Assembly: GCA_041641305.1 (NCBI GenBank)
Contig: JBEPYN010000002.1
Coordinates: 544,001-608,000, forward strand
Reading direction: 5' to 3'
Length of the DNA stretch: 64,000 nt
DNA from: Nitrososphaerota archaeon
GTDB lineage: Archaea > Thermoproteota > Nitrososphaeria_A > Caldarchaeales > Caldarchaeaceae
In this document: positions 1 to 9,149 of the stretch, piece by piece
Layout: every line of letters starts with the position of its first letter
Position numbering within the stretch: the stretch's first letter is position 1
The notes under the pieces: generated by a model
Told to the model about the DNA's origin: nothing
Seen by the model: only the letters and a program-made list of their open reading frames with translations
Database searches by the model: none
Program-made: the position numbers and the translations under genes

Positions 1-30
1 GCTTTCCTGAGAAAATACATGGGGATGTAG

Positions 31-903
31 ATGGATGCATCTATAATCCCGTACCTTGTTGACGGCATAGTCTTCGGGCTTGTCCTTTCACTGATAGCGG
101 CTGGGCTTACGCTGATATATGGCTTAGCGGGCGTGCTCAATCTGGCGCATGGAGAGCTTCTCGTGATAACAACTGTCACAGCAGCCGTTCTCTCACAGTC
201 ACTAGGTTTACCACTTCCACTAGCGCTGCTCGCAGGCGTTGCAGCTACAGTGGCCGCCGCCGTTGTTCTCGACCGTGTAGTATTGAATCCTGTGTACAAG
301 CTTGAGGGGGAGGAGAGGGTGTTGCTCGGTCTCTACATAACTTTAGCCTTCTCGATTTTCCTGCACAGTGGGATAATCACCACTTTCCCACTTGCTTTTC
401 TGACAGTGAATCTGCCAACTCCAAACATAGAGCTAATCGGCTTATCGTTTAGAACGGCCCAGCTGGTAGCGGCTGTAATATCGGCTGCAATACTTCTCGG
501 CATCTATCTTTTTCTGAAGAAAACGTGGAGCGGCAGGGCGATTCGCTCACTAACACAGAACGAGACAGGGGCCTTGCTGGTGGGTGTGAGCGTGAAAAAA
601 TATAGGCTGCTCGTGTTCATGATCGGAGCTGTTTTAGTCAGCATGGCCGGCATTGTTAGAAGCATCATTGCAACGGTGGCTCCCGAAAGTGGTCTCGAGT
701 TCACCATACTCGGCCTACTGGTGACAGTCATCGGCGGAATAAGAAGCGTCTCGGGAACAATAGCGGCCGGGCTCGTGATAGGTGTTGCATACACGTTTCT
801 GGTGGTCGTCGTGGGAACCTACCTCGCATACGTCGCCCTGCTTATCCTCATCATGGCGCTGCTGCTTACAAGGCCCTATGGAATACTCGGTGAGAGATGG
901 TGA
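31..903 (+). CDS. livH: Branched-chain amino acid-type ABC transporter permease (LivH family)
   Basis: GLTLIYGLAGVLNLAHGE motif; GRAIRSLTQNETGALLVGV loop; multi-TM. Confidence 0.88.
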   Translation: MDASIIPYLVDGIVFGLVLSLIAAGLTLIYGLAGVLNLAHGELLVITTVTAAVLSQSLGLPLPLALLAGVAATVAAAVVLDRVVLNPVYKLEGEERVLLGLYITLAFSIFLHSGIITTFPLAFLTVNLPTPNIELIGLSFRTAQLVAAVISAAILLGIYLFLKKTWSGRAIRSLTQNETGALLVGVSVKKYRLLVFMIGAVLVSMAGIVRSIIATVAPESGLEFTILGLLVTVIGGIRSVSGTIAAGLVIGVAYTFLVVVVGTYLAYVALLILIMALLLTRPYGILGERW

Positions 904-1865
904 CTGATAGATTCCTGAAAACCAGGTTGTATGTCCTAGCGGCGCTAGTAATAATATACATCGTGTTACCTCTTCCCTTCATCAACACGCCCTACGTGGT
1001 TTTCATACTTGCGCAGATGACCTTCTTCACAGTATTCGCCTATAGCTTTAATTTCCTGTTCGGTTTCACGCGACAGCTCTTCCTCTGCGTCGGAGCCTTC
1101 GCAGGCATAGGCGCATACATCACGGGGATAATGTTGAGGGATGGCTTAACCGGGCCAATCGAGGCTGTCGCTTTGTCAACGGTTGCAGTCGCCCTCATCG
1201 GCTGGGCTGTCAGCATTGTCTCCGTGAGACGCAGGCTCGTAGCAATCTTTACAGGAATTTTCACACTCGCCATCACACTCGTCTTCGGCAACCTCGTCAC
1301 CGGTCTCGTGGAAGTAACTGGAGGAGAAACAGGCTTCAGGATAAGAGGAGTAAGCCTATTGTTTTTAGACACCATGCCATACTACATGAGATACTACTAC
1401 ATCGCTTTAGCTACGCTGCTGTCGGTCACTACAGTGGCTTTCTACCTCATCTATTACACGAAAACAGGCTACGCGTATAGATGCATTATAGACGATGAGC
1501 TGAGCGCGGAGCTGGTCGGCATAAACGTGCAGAGGGTTAAGACTTTGACGGCCTTGCTTGCATCAGCTTTGCTCGGTTTTTCCGGGGCGTTGTACGGCCT
1601 TTTCTCACAGCTCATTTCACCATCCTATTACGCCTTTGGCTCCATAGACCTGCCCGTCCAAATAATAGTGATTCTCGGCGGCAGAACCTCTCTCCTCGGC
1701 CCGTACATAGGCTCAGCCATAATAGCGGTCGTCAACGAGTCTCTAAGGTTTCTTGGACCACTTACCCAGCTCCTATATGGTCTGATTCTGATGCTTCTTC
1801 TCGCCTTCTTCCGAAATGGGATAGTTGACTTTGTGAAAAGAAAGGTTGCGCCGTGGTTCTATTAA
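897..1865 (+). CDS. livM: Branched-chain amino acid-type ABC transporter permease (LivM family)
   Basis: TGGETG, GYAYRCIIDDELSAELVGIN and ILGGRTSLLGPYIGS motifs; overlaps livH. Confidence 0.85.
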   Translation: MVTDRFLKTRLYVLAALVIIYIVLPLPFINTPYVVFILAQMTFFTVFAYSFNFLFGFTRQLFLCVGAFAGIGAYITGIMLRDGLTGPIEAVALSTVAVALIGWAVSIVSVRRRLVAIFTGIFTLAITLVFGNLVTGLVEVTGGETGFRIRGVSLLFLDTMPYYMRYYYIALATLLSVTTVAFYLIYYTKTGYAYRCIIDDELSAELVGINVQRVKTLTALLASALLGFSGALYGLFSQLISPSYYAFGSIDLPVQIIVILGGRTSLLGPYIGSAIIAVVNESLRFLGPLTQLLYGLILMLLLAFFRNGIVDFVKRKVAPWFY

Positions 1866-2470
1866 CGGAGACCGTCCTCGCCCTTTACCTCCTCTTTACG
1901 TAGTCCACCAATCCGTGGCAAAGGCCTCCCCGAGTCGGTTACAGCGGCAATCACAACTATTTCGTCGGGCAGAGGCGCGTCGGGAACACGTGCCTCGACA
2001 GCGTCATAGTGGCTTCTCACAAACGCAGCTCTCTTAAAGTGCAGGGGGACGTCGATTGCTGTGCCAGGGGCCCCTAGCTTAGCCGATGAAGGAATTATAG
2101 CTTTGCATGCATCCTGTCCGCCGCATTCTTCCCGCAGTCCACGACCAAACTTAGGATGGAGAATAGCGTGGCCATGCTCAAGCTCTCCACCCAAACCGAT
2201 TATCGCGGCTTTGCCGTAGCTCTCCACATCGGCTGGCGCAATTCCCAGCGCCTCCCGAGCCCTCTTCGCCAAAAATCCGCCCAAGAAATCTCCAGCATCT
2301 ATGAGCAGCTGCAAATCCTCCACATATTTGCCGGCGTATGGGTTCTTGACCACAGCCGCGGCGGCGCTTTTTCTCACAGGCTTCTGCAAAACTTTCCCAT
2401 TCTCCAGGAACACCTCATCAACATAGACAGCGACTTTACGTATAGCTACACCTGGTGCAGCCTCAAGCAT
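1862..2470 (-). CDS. Amino acid synthesis family protein (DUF1185/Bb2672-like)
   Basis: NPYAGKYVEDL, ESYGKAAIIG..GELEHG, DVPLHFK..FVRSHYD, DAPLPDEI, GRPLPRIGG; ATG 2470 overlaps the upstream stop (TGATG). Confidence 0.8.
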   Translation of the reverse strand: MLEAAPGVAIRKVAVYVDEVFLENGKVLQKPVRKSAAAAVVKNPYAGKYVEDLQLLIDAGDFLGGFLAKRAREALGIAPADVESYGKAAIIGLGGELEHGHAILHPKFGRGLREECGGQDACKAIIPSSAKLGAPGTAIDVPLHFKRAAFVRSHYDAVEARVPDAPLPDEIVVIAAVTDSGRPLPRIGGLRKEEVKGEDGLR

Positions 2471-3912
2471 CACCACCACCTCGTCGTCACAATCTTGTGG
2501 TCTGTAAAGAATCTTATGGTGTCGACGCGGCTATGAGCTGTTCCGAAGAAGGATTGCTTCCTTCCACCGAGAGGAAAGTAGGCCATGGGCTGTGGGACAC
2601 CTATGTTTACACCCACGTTTCCAACGTTAACATCAAGCACAAACCTGCGTGCTGTGTTCGGGTTTGATGTGAAGATAGAGGCGGCGTTGCCGTAGGGAGT
2701 GTTTCTGTTTATCAGATCGATTGCCTCGTCCAAGCTCTCCGCATAAAGAACCGATACGACGGGGCCGAATATCTCCTCCTTTGCTAGTGGGGAGCTGGGA
2801 GACACGTCTGTGAAAACTGTTGGGCCCACGAAGTAGCCGTTCAAAGGCTTAAGCGGCTTGTTCTTCCTTCCGTCGACGAGAAGCCTCCCAAATTCTTCAC
2901 CAAGCTCGATATATTTCCAAACTCTCTCCAACCCAGCCCTTGAAGCCATCGGGCCCATCTCGGTCTCCTTATCCATGCCGTATCCAAGCCTAAGCATGGA
3001 CTTGTCCCGCACCAAGTCGACAACCTTCTCACCCCCCTTTACCACGACAAGGTTGGAGCCGGCCAGACAACGTTGACCAGACATTCCGAAAAAGGATGAC
3101 ACAGCAGCATCAGCGGCCTTGACAAAATCTGTGTCAGGCATTACAACAAGGTGGTTTTTGGCACCGGCGTTTATAGACGCGCGTTTCCCCTCTTTCGCGG
3201 CCAGCTCATACAGAAACTTTCCTGTCTTCGTTGAACCTATGAAACCCACGCCCTGTATATCAGGATGTCTAGCCAGCTTCTCCGCAACTCTACCGTCACC
3301 GTGGACAACCGACATTACACCCGCAGGAACACCGGCCTCCTTCACAATCCTGGCCACCTCGTTCGCGACAACAGGTGTCACCTCACTCGGCTTAAGCACA
3401 ACAGTGGCGCCAAGGGCTATGGCGTAGGGCACGTATGAGGACCATGCGTGCAGCGGAATGTTGAAAGGAGTTATCACGGCAAAGCATCCAAGCGGCTCTC
3501 GGATAAGCTCCTGATCTATGTCTGGGGATATGTTGACCATTTTCTCGCCCTTAGCCAAGGTGTAGGCGAGCGCAGCCGCTGCCTCGACGTTTTCCAGACT
3601 CCGTTTAACCTCTCCCACCGCCTCCGCATAGGTTCTTCCATGGTTGTCGACAAGTATTCTCGAAAGCAGCTCGGTATCCCTGTTCATCAGCTCACGGATC
3701 TTCAACAGGTAGGCGACCCTTTCCGAGGGTGTAGTTTTCCGAAACTTTTCAAAAGCGGCTACACCTGCCTCAACGGCTTTAGCAACCTCTTCCTCAGTGC
3801 TGACGGGGACGTAGGCGATGTCTGTGTCAAAAGCAGGGTTCTTTACCGGAATCCTCTCAGAAGACTTCGACTCAACAAACTGCCCAGCAATGAAGTTAGG
3901 TAGTAAACTCAT
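2470..3912 (-). CDS. mmsA: CoA-acylating (methyl)malonate-semialdehyde dehydrogenase-like aldehyde dehydrogenase
   Basis: ITPFN, LKPSE, FIGST, GAKNH (no catalytic Glu, as in CoA-acylating type), GQRCLA catalytic Cys, EEIFGPV, NIGVPQPMAYF. Confidence 0.78.
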   Translation of the reverse strand: MSLLPNFIAGQFVESKSSERIPVKNPAFDTDIAYVPVSTEEEVAKAVEAGVAAFEKFRKTTPSERVAYLLKIRELMNRDTELLSRILVDNHGRTYAEAVGEVKRSLENVEAAAALAYTLAKGEKMVNISPDIDQELIREPLGCFAVITPFNIPLHAWSSYVPYAIALGATVVLKPSEVTPVVANEVARIVKEAGVPAGVMSVVHGDGRVAEKLARHPDIQGVGFIGSTKTGKFLYELAAKEGKRASINAGAKNHLVVMPDTDFVKAADAAVSSFFGMSGQRCLAGSNLVVVKGGEKVVDLVRDKSMLRLGYGMDKETEMGPMASRAGLERVWKYIELGEEFGRLLVDGRKNKPLKPLNGYFVGPTVFTDVSPSSPLAKEEIFGPVVSVLYAESLDEAIDLINRNTPYGNAASIFTSNPNTARRFVLDVNVGNVGVNIGVPQPMAYFPLGGRKQSFFGTAHSRVDTIRFFTDHKIVTTRWW

Positions 3913-3949
3913 GACTTTTTCCTCATATAGCGGTATTTTAAACGTGAAT

Positions 3950-4381
3950 CTACTTGCCTGAAATGAGGACGAGCGCTGTGAGGGCGAGGGCTACGCCGAC
4001 AATCTGCCTAATGGTCAACACCTCTCCGAATAACAGGAAAGATAGAATCAGTGTGACAAGCGGGTACAGCGATGTGGCGACTACGACTATGGAGGATGGG
4101 TTCAGGTCTAGGGCCAGATAAAATGTCACGGCTCCGAGAAATCCCAGGGCCCCTGCGAGAAGTGCGGCCACCCAGGCCTGATTGGTCGGAGTTACATGAG
4201 CCCTCGAGCTGATTATGAACATCAGAGAGACTATCATGTGCCCTATGGCTGCGACCGCAGCATTGTCACGCCATCCAAGTGCCGATGCTCCCACACGTGC
4301 CACAACACCCCAGACCCCCCAGATAAACAGCGTCAACAAAACCAACGCAACCCATCTAACCTCCATGGCGATAGATGGCAT
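3950..4381 (-). CDS. EamA/DMT family transporter (single repeat)
   Basis: WGVWG, FYLAL, SLYPLVT..LSFLLFGE signature; 5 TM. Confidence 0.8.
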   Translation of the reverse strand: MPSIAMEVRWVALVLLTLFIWGVWGVVARVGASALGWRDNAAVAAIGHMIVSLMFIISSRAHVTPTNQAWVAALLAGALGFLGAVTFYLALDLNPSSIVVVATSLYPLVTLILSFLLFGEVLTIRQIVGVALALTALVLISGK

Positions 4382-4450
4382 ATCACCGGTTCATACCTTT
4401 TTCGGTGAAGAAGCTCAACAACTAAATCTCGGCAGAAAAACGGATAACCC

Positions 4451-4699
4451 ATGAACGTGAGAATAGTATACTGTGTTCCATGCGGCCATCTACCTAATGC
4501 TCTCGAGCTCGCTAAAGACCTTCTCAGCCGATACGGGCAAAGGCTCAACAAGAAATTCTCAGTCACTCTCGACACAAGCGACGGAGGAACCTTCGAAGTC
4601 TACATAGAAGGGGAGAAAATCTTCTCACGCCACGAGGCGCGGCGGTTCCCAACACCTGACGAAATCGCGGGGCAGATTGAAAAGAGGCTTAATGGTTGA
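4451..4699 (+). CDS. Rdx family (SelW/SelT/SelH-like) thioredoxin-fold protein
   Basis: YCVPCGH CxxC, GGTFEV, IFSR, RFP motifs. Confidence 0.85.
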   Translation: MNVRIVYCVPCGHLPNALELAKDLLSRYGQRLNKKFSVTLDTSDGGTFEVYIEGEKIFSRHEARRFPTPDEIAGQIEKRLNG

Positions 4700-4974
4700 A
4701 CCTTCGCCTAATAGTCTTCGTTGTCGCATGGTCTGCAGCGACCATAGCAGCCCTCACAATCGGACAGCTCTATGAATGGCCAGACAATGTACACATCCGC
4801 TATGGCATACCTCTGACCTATGCTGTTCACACCGTCGTCACGATATTGGGAGCTGCTGACCACTGGAGTGTGGACACAAACATTCTCGCCTTTGACTTGG
4901 CGATATGGATGGCAGGCCTCGTGACCGGAGTAGCTCTGCTATCGAGGCAGAAGACAAGAGATGGACATACCTAG
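4696..4974 (+). CDS. Small membrane hypothetical protein
   Basis: Two hydrophobic segments with a YGIPL loop; overlaps the Rdx stop. Confidence 0.55.
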   Translation: MNLRLIVFVVAWSAATIAALTIGQLYEWPDNVHIRYGIPLTYAVHTVVTILGAADHWSVDTNILAFDLAIWMAGLVTGVALLSRQKTRDGHT

Positions 4975-4986
4975 CGTAGTGGTAGG

Positions 4987-5562
4987 TCATTTTACTATTT
5001 TGAGACGCGCTGGTGCTGGCGACCTCTCAGGCAATAGCCTTATTCCTTCGTGACGTAGAAGCCAAGCCTTAACGTTCTCGTCACCCCCGTAGCGTCCGAT
5101 TGAGCCGTCGGATTTCACTACTCGGTGGCAAGGTATAATTATTGGAACAGGGTTGCGGGCGACCGCGTTTCCAACAGCTCTGTACGCTTTTGGACTGCCC
5201 ACAGAAGCAGCCACGTCTCTATAGCTCCGCGTCTCCCCAAAAGGGATGGAGGCGACAACGTTCAACACCTTCCCCGCGAAACCAGAGACACGGAGGTCAA
5301 TCGGTACATTAAAGACCCGCCTTACACCCTCGAAATACTCCCCAAGCTGTCTCTTAACCAAACCATTAACCTCTCCAGCGCCGTCGCCAACTATGAAACC
5401 CTCTCTAACGAGGCCCTTAACCAAAGCATTCAAACCCACACCCCACACCACCCTAAAAACACCACGCCTCGTAGAAGCAAAACAAACCAAACCAACAGGC
5501 GACATCAAACAACCCACCGAAACAACCTCTCCCACAAAAACCACATAAACAAAACCAACCAA
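4987..5562 (-). CDS. ogt: Methylated-DNA--protein-cysteine methyltransferase
   Basis: IPFGETRSY, AYRAVGNA, NPVPIIIPCHRVV active site; start uncertain. Confidence 0.92.
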   Translation of the reverse strand: MVGFVYVVFVGEVVSVGCLMSPVGLVCFASTRRGVFRVVWGVGLNALVKGLVREGFIVGDGAGEVNGLVKRQLGEYFEGVRRVFNVPIDLRVSGFAGKVLNVVASIPFGETRSYRDVAASVGSPKAYRAVGNAVARNPVPIIIPCHRVVKSDGSIGRYGGDENVKAWLLRHEGIRLLPERSPAPARLKIVK

Positions 5563-5757
5563 TATGCTTTAACCCAGCTCCATTTTTCCAAACAGATGCG
5601 TCGAAAACATGACTAAATTTTCCCGGTCCATTAACAAAATGAACCATAAGCATGCACAAAATAATTGAATTCGCGAGATTGTGGCTGGGCCGCTTGTTAG
5701 ATGTTGCGGTTGAAACATTCTTATTAAACATCGTATACAACATATTGGGGTAACCCC

Positions 5758-6558
5758 ATGTCTTCAACCCCTTTAACCGACCTAATTTCTCTGAAAGGTA
5801 GAAAAGCGTTGGTTACTGGGGCTGCTTCAGGGATAGGGCGGTCGGTCTCTGAGAGGTTTGCAGAAGCCGGCGCCAGCCTAGTTCTTGTGGACATCAACGA
5901 GCCCGCCCTAACGAGCGTCGCCTCATTTATTAGAGATGGATATGGGGTTGAGGTTGAGGCGAAAAAAGTAGACCTGTCCAAGAAGAGGGAGATAGACGAG
6001 CTATGGTCCGGCTTGAAGGAGCGGGCTCCAGACATTCTGGTTAATAACGCGGGCATATACGAGTTCCGAGACTTCTTAGAAGTTGATGAGGATTTCCTTG
6101 AGAGAACCCTCGATGTGAACTTGAAGTCCGCGTTTTACATGTGCCAGCACATGTTTAGGACGCGTGGTGATAGGGGTGGTGTGATAGTAAACGTCAGCTC
6201 CATCGAGGCCGTCCTCCATCTCGTCAAAGGCCTGACCCACTACGGCGTGAGCAAAATTGGCCTCGTCGCACTGACCAGGGCTCTGGCACGTGAATATGGA
6301 GGAAAGGGCTTCAGGGTCAACGCCGTTATGCCCGGAGGAATTCATACACCCGGCACAGATAAGGTCAGGAACGAAGCCCTCAAAAGACTCCAGCTCGGAT
6401 TCTTCATCACAGGTATGAATTTCATATCCAGAATACCCTTGAAAAGGCTGGGAGAACCAGACGAAGTGGCAAGGGCTATACTTTTCCTAGCCTCAGACCT
6501 ATCAAGCTACGTGAACGGTGCAGTACTAGTCGTAGACGGCGGATACCTAACAGACTGA
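5758..6558 (+). CDS. SDR family NAD(P)-dependent oxidoreductase
   Basis: TGAASGIG, NNAG, YGVSK (YxxxK), PG, VVDGG. Confidence 0.92.
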   Translation: MSSTPLTDLISLKGRKALVTGAASGIGRSVSERFAEAGASLVLVDINEPALTSVASFIRDGYGVEVEAKKVDLSKKREIDELWSGLKERAPDILVNNAGIYEFRDFLEVDEDFLERTLDVNLKSAFYMCQHMFRTRGDRGGVIVNVSSIEAVLHLVKGLTHYGVSKIGLVALTRALAREYGGKGFRVNAVMPGGIHTPGTDKVRNEALKRLQLGFFITGMNFISRIPLKRLGEPDEVARAILFLASDLSSYVNGAVLVVDGGYLTD

Positions 6559-6573
6559 GAACCTCTCGACCAT

Positions 6574-6647
6574 GGGCCGATGTATCAGTCTGGGAAAAAC
6601 TAGGCTTCGCACACCAGAGATATGAGGGTTCAAACCCCTTCCCACCA
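6574..6647 (+). pseudogene. Decayed tRNA-like element (closest to tRNA-Ala CGC)
   Basis: 74 nt: GGGCCGA-TG-TATC-AGTCTGGGA...TTCGCAC...GAGGG-TTCAAAC-CCCTT-CCCACCA. T-arm and loops look like tRNA; acceptor, D and anticodon stems mostly do not pair. Confidence 0.5.
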
Positions 6648-7029
6648 GAAAAATATTCTTATGTGTTTTTTCGGCATGGTTTAGTGTTTGAGTATCTTGT
6701 TTGCATCTAATGCGTGCGATAGAAGAAATATGCCGCAAGGAGAAAATTTCAGAGGAAATTATCACGTCTCTAACTCGGAGTTTCCGTGATGAATACTAGT
6801 GCCATCGGCATCTTGGACCAACCATCCCTCCTAGACAACCCTTCAAAGCTATTGTTGACAGTGCATGTAGTGTGTGCGTATTGGGTGGTTGTGCTTAGGT
6901 CTTACACTCCGCCTAATTCCTTAACGGCACAACAAAGGCCAAAGGTATACCCAAAAACTCACAAAAATCTATTGAGAGCTAAAGGATTTATGTCTGTGCT
7001 TCTATTGTAACTTAAATGCGGTGTGGTAG

Positions 7030-8907
7030 ATGGGGGTTATCGTCTGCGTCGGTAGAAAAGGTAATGTAAAGAAATCTATTATCGATGGAGTTCATTTGAG
7101 TGATTTAAGGATTGCTGATGAAGCGCTAGTTAGAGAATTAAGTAGCAAGCATCCAGACGGGTTTGTCCGGATGTGGGGGTTCAAGGAGAAAGTGCGTTAT
7201 CTTTGGAGACGCGCCCGTTTGAGCAAATATGCCCTATTTACTTATCACCCCCGGCAAGCATTGTATGCAGGTAAAATATCCCTTGTTTATCCTTTTAATG
7301 AAGACGATGAAAAACAGCTAGAAGTCAGTACCATAATATCCACCGATGTTTGGGGGAGAGACCTTGATGGACAGACTTGGAAGTATCTCGTATTTCTTAG
7401 TGATGTGAGAGAGGTTTTACTGGGTGTAGAGACTTTGAATGATTTGACGGGGTATAAGCTACATGTCTTTCGAAACTCTTTTTACATTACCGACAACAAA
7501 GCTATGAGACTTGAACAGTTTCTAAATCGCTACTTAGAGGAATCCGTCGAACCTTCTCGTAAAATTACGCCTTTTCAGTTAGCGCGGGAGCGACTTCGCT
7601 CACTGTTTGGAATAATGACTCCCAAGTCAGAAGACTCCTCGTTTTTACCGTCTTCAGCCACGCCATATGAGCGGATGAGAAATTTACGAATCCCTGCTAA
7701 AGAGGAATCGATAGGCACACCGTCCCGAATGATTCGAGACATCGCCGACGCAGAGACATTAAGTGAGGACGCGGAGGTTAAGAGATTAGATGAAGAGTTC
7801 ATCAACTATTTGGATTCGTTGCTAGTGGACCGACTCGAGGAAACAATAAAATTCGGGAAATGGTTATCCGTGTCAACCCTAACTCAATACTATTTTGATT
7901 TGTTCGGGCCAGAAATATTTTTCGATCACATGCTTGCTATTAGTCAGCAATATTCAATATGCGAAACAGAAATTGTGAGCGAGGAGGGCTCATCTAAAAT
8001 GACAACCGGTTTTAATTTGGCACTTTTCGGTGAGCCTGGAACTGGAAAGTCATTTACCTCTAGAGACATGATTCTCGGTAGTGAAGATAAAGGCATACCA
8101 CCCCACGGAATCCCGGGCCGTAACAGATACTGTGGAGGCATGACTCCCGCAAAGTTCATAGAGGTCGGTCAAGCATATGAAAACAAAAAATTCAATTTCA
8201 TAGTAACAGAGTTTAACGACTGGTTCAAATACAGGGGAATGGTGGAGCCGCTTAAGTTAGCCATGGAAAGGGGTTCTATACGGTATGAGACTAAGAGATA
8301 TACTGTTGGTCCGTACCGCTTCACCTCCTTCTTTAGCGTGAATTATAATACGCGAGTTTATGACAAAGGATACGGAGTCACTGTGTCGGACCCGAATTTT
8401 AACGCTATAGAAGACAGGATGTTATGCAGGTTACATAGATTGACCAAAGCAAAATATCAAGAATTGGCAAAAAGTCAGCGAGAAATGATGTTGGGCAAAA
8501 TGCAATCTAAGATGAAAATGTTTGCGCCCCGGCTTAGAGATCATTTGACGTTATGTTACGCTATTCAGACACGGAATACTAAAGTAAATAAAACCTTCTC
8601 GGAAAAGAGGGTCTTGCTGACTAAAAACTTGTTTGATATGCTTGATAAGGCCAGAGATTTAGTTTTGGAAAACCTGAGAACAGGAATAGTCCCTTTCTCG
8701 GCGAGGCTAGAAAGCAGAGCTGTTCAATTGGCTTCTGCCATGTCGCTGATGAACTATTTTAATAGGGAGCACTATATTATATCGGTAGATAATATTGCTG
8801 CTAAAATGGCGACTAGATTTTTTGTAGAAGAAGCATGGATCAGGTCAGGCGAGACATTTCCGATCCGTGAAGTCATCAGAAAACTTGACCTAGAATTTAT
8901 AGACTAA
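7030..8907 (+). CDS. YTH/EVE(PUA)-like N-terminal domain fused to an MCM-like AAA+ ATPase
   Basis: N-term NVKKSIIDGV..MWG..DVWG..TWKYLVFL..LNDLTGY pattern; C-term Walker A GEPGTGKS, Walker B-like FIVTEFND, LKLAME, IEDR; AT-rich. Confidence 0.6.
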   Translation: MGVIVCVGRKGNVKKSIIDGVHLSDLRIADEALVRELSSKHPDGFVRMWGFKEKVRYLWRRARLSKYALFTYHPRQALYAGKISLVYPFNEDDEKQLEVSTIISTDVWGRDLDGQTWKYLVFLSDVREVLLGVETLNDLTGYKLHVFRNSFYITDNKAMRLEQFLNRYLEESVEPSRKITPFQLARERLRSLFGIMTPKSEDSSFLPSSATPYERMRNLRIPAKEESIGTPSRMIRDIADAETLSEDAEVKRLDEEFINYLDSLLVDRLEETIKFGKWLSVSTLTQYYFDLFGPEIFFDHMLAISQQYSICETEIVSEEGSSKMTTGFNLALFGEPGTGKSFTSRDMILGSEDKGIPPHGIPGRNRYCGGMTPAKFIEVGQAYENKKFNFIVTEFNDWFKYRGMVEPLKLAMERGSIRYETKRYTVGPYRFTSFFSVNYNTRVYDKGYGVTVSDPNFNAIEDRMLCRLHRLTKAKYQELAKSQREMMLGKMQSKMKMFAPRLRDHLTLCYAIQTRNTKVNKTFSEKRVLLTKNLFDMLDKARDLVLENLRTGIVPFSARLESRAVQLASAMSLMNYFNREHYIISVDNIAAKMATRFFVEEAWIRSGETFPIREVIRKLDLEFID

Positions 8908-9149
8908 GAGACAAAGATAAAAGCTCCGGCTGGAAAACGGTCGAAGGACCCGAGAACCGGAAAACCATTCAAGACCAAGAAACGACTAAACCATGAGCAA
9001 GAAGTCTAACGGTTTTTTATGAAAGTTGAGTTCACAATAGAAACGAAACCACAGCCTCTCGAAGACATGACGCCGCCGCAAGCCAACACTTTCTCCATTC
9101 TTCCTTAGTCGTACAGAACCTCTAGGCTCTATCACAAAGTAATTAAATG

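Noticed and set aside
4451-4699. Selenoprotein (Rdx family with Sec)
   Set aside because: The motif is CVPC with Cys codons; the only TGA is the terminal stop
6786-6850. C/D box sRNA starting at GTGATGA
   Set aside because: No CTGA D box at a suitable distance
6560-7030. attL/attR direct repeat of the tRNA-Phe 3' end
   Set aside because: No copy of GGTTCAAGTCCGCCCCGGGGC was found; the fossil tRNA is a different isotype on the opposite strand
7030-8907. Canonical McrB or replicative MCM
   Set aside because: Lacks the McrB DEINR/MNTAD motifs and a mcrC neighbour; lacks the MCM N-terminal Zn/OB region and IDEFDKM
8908-9149. Small ORFs or a partner nuclease downstream of the ATPase
   Set aside because: Only ORFs of about 30 codons with no recognisable motif
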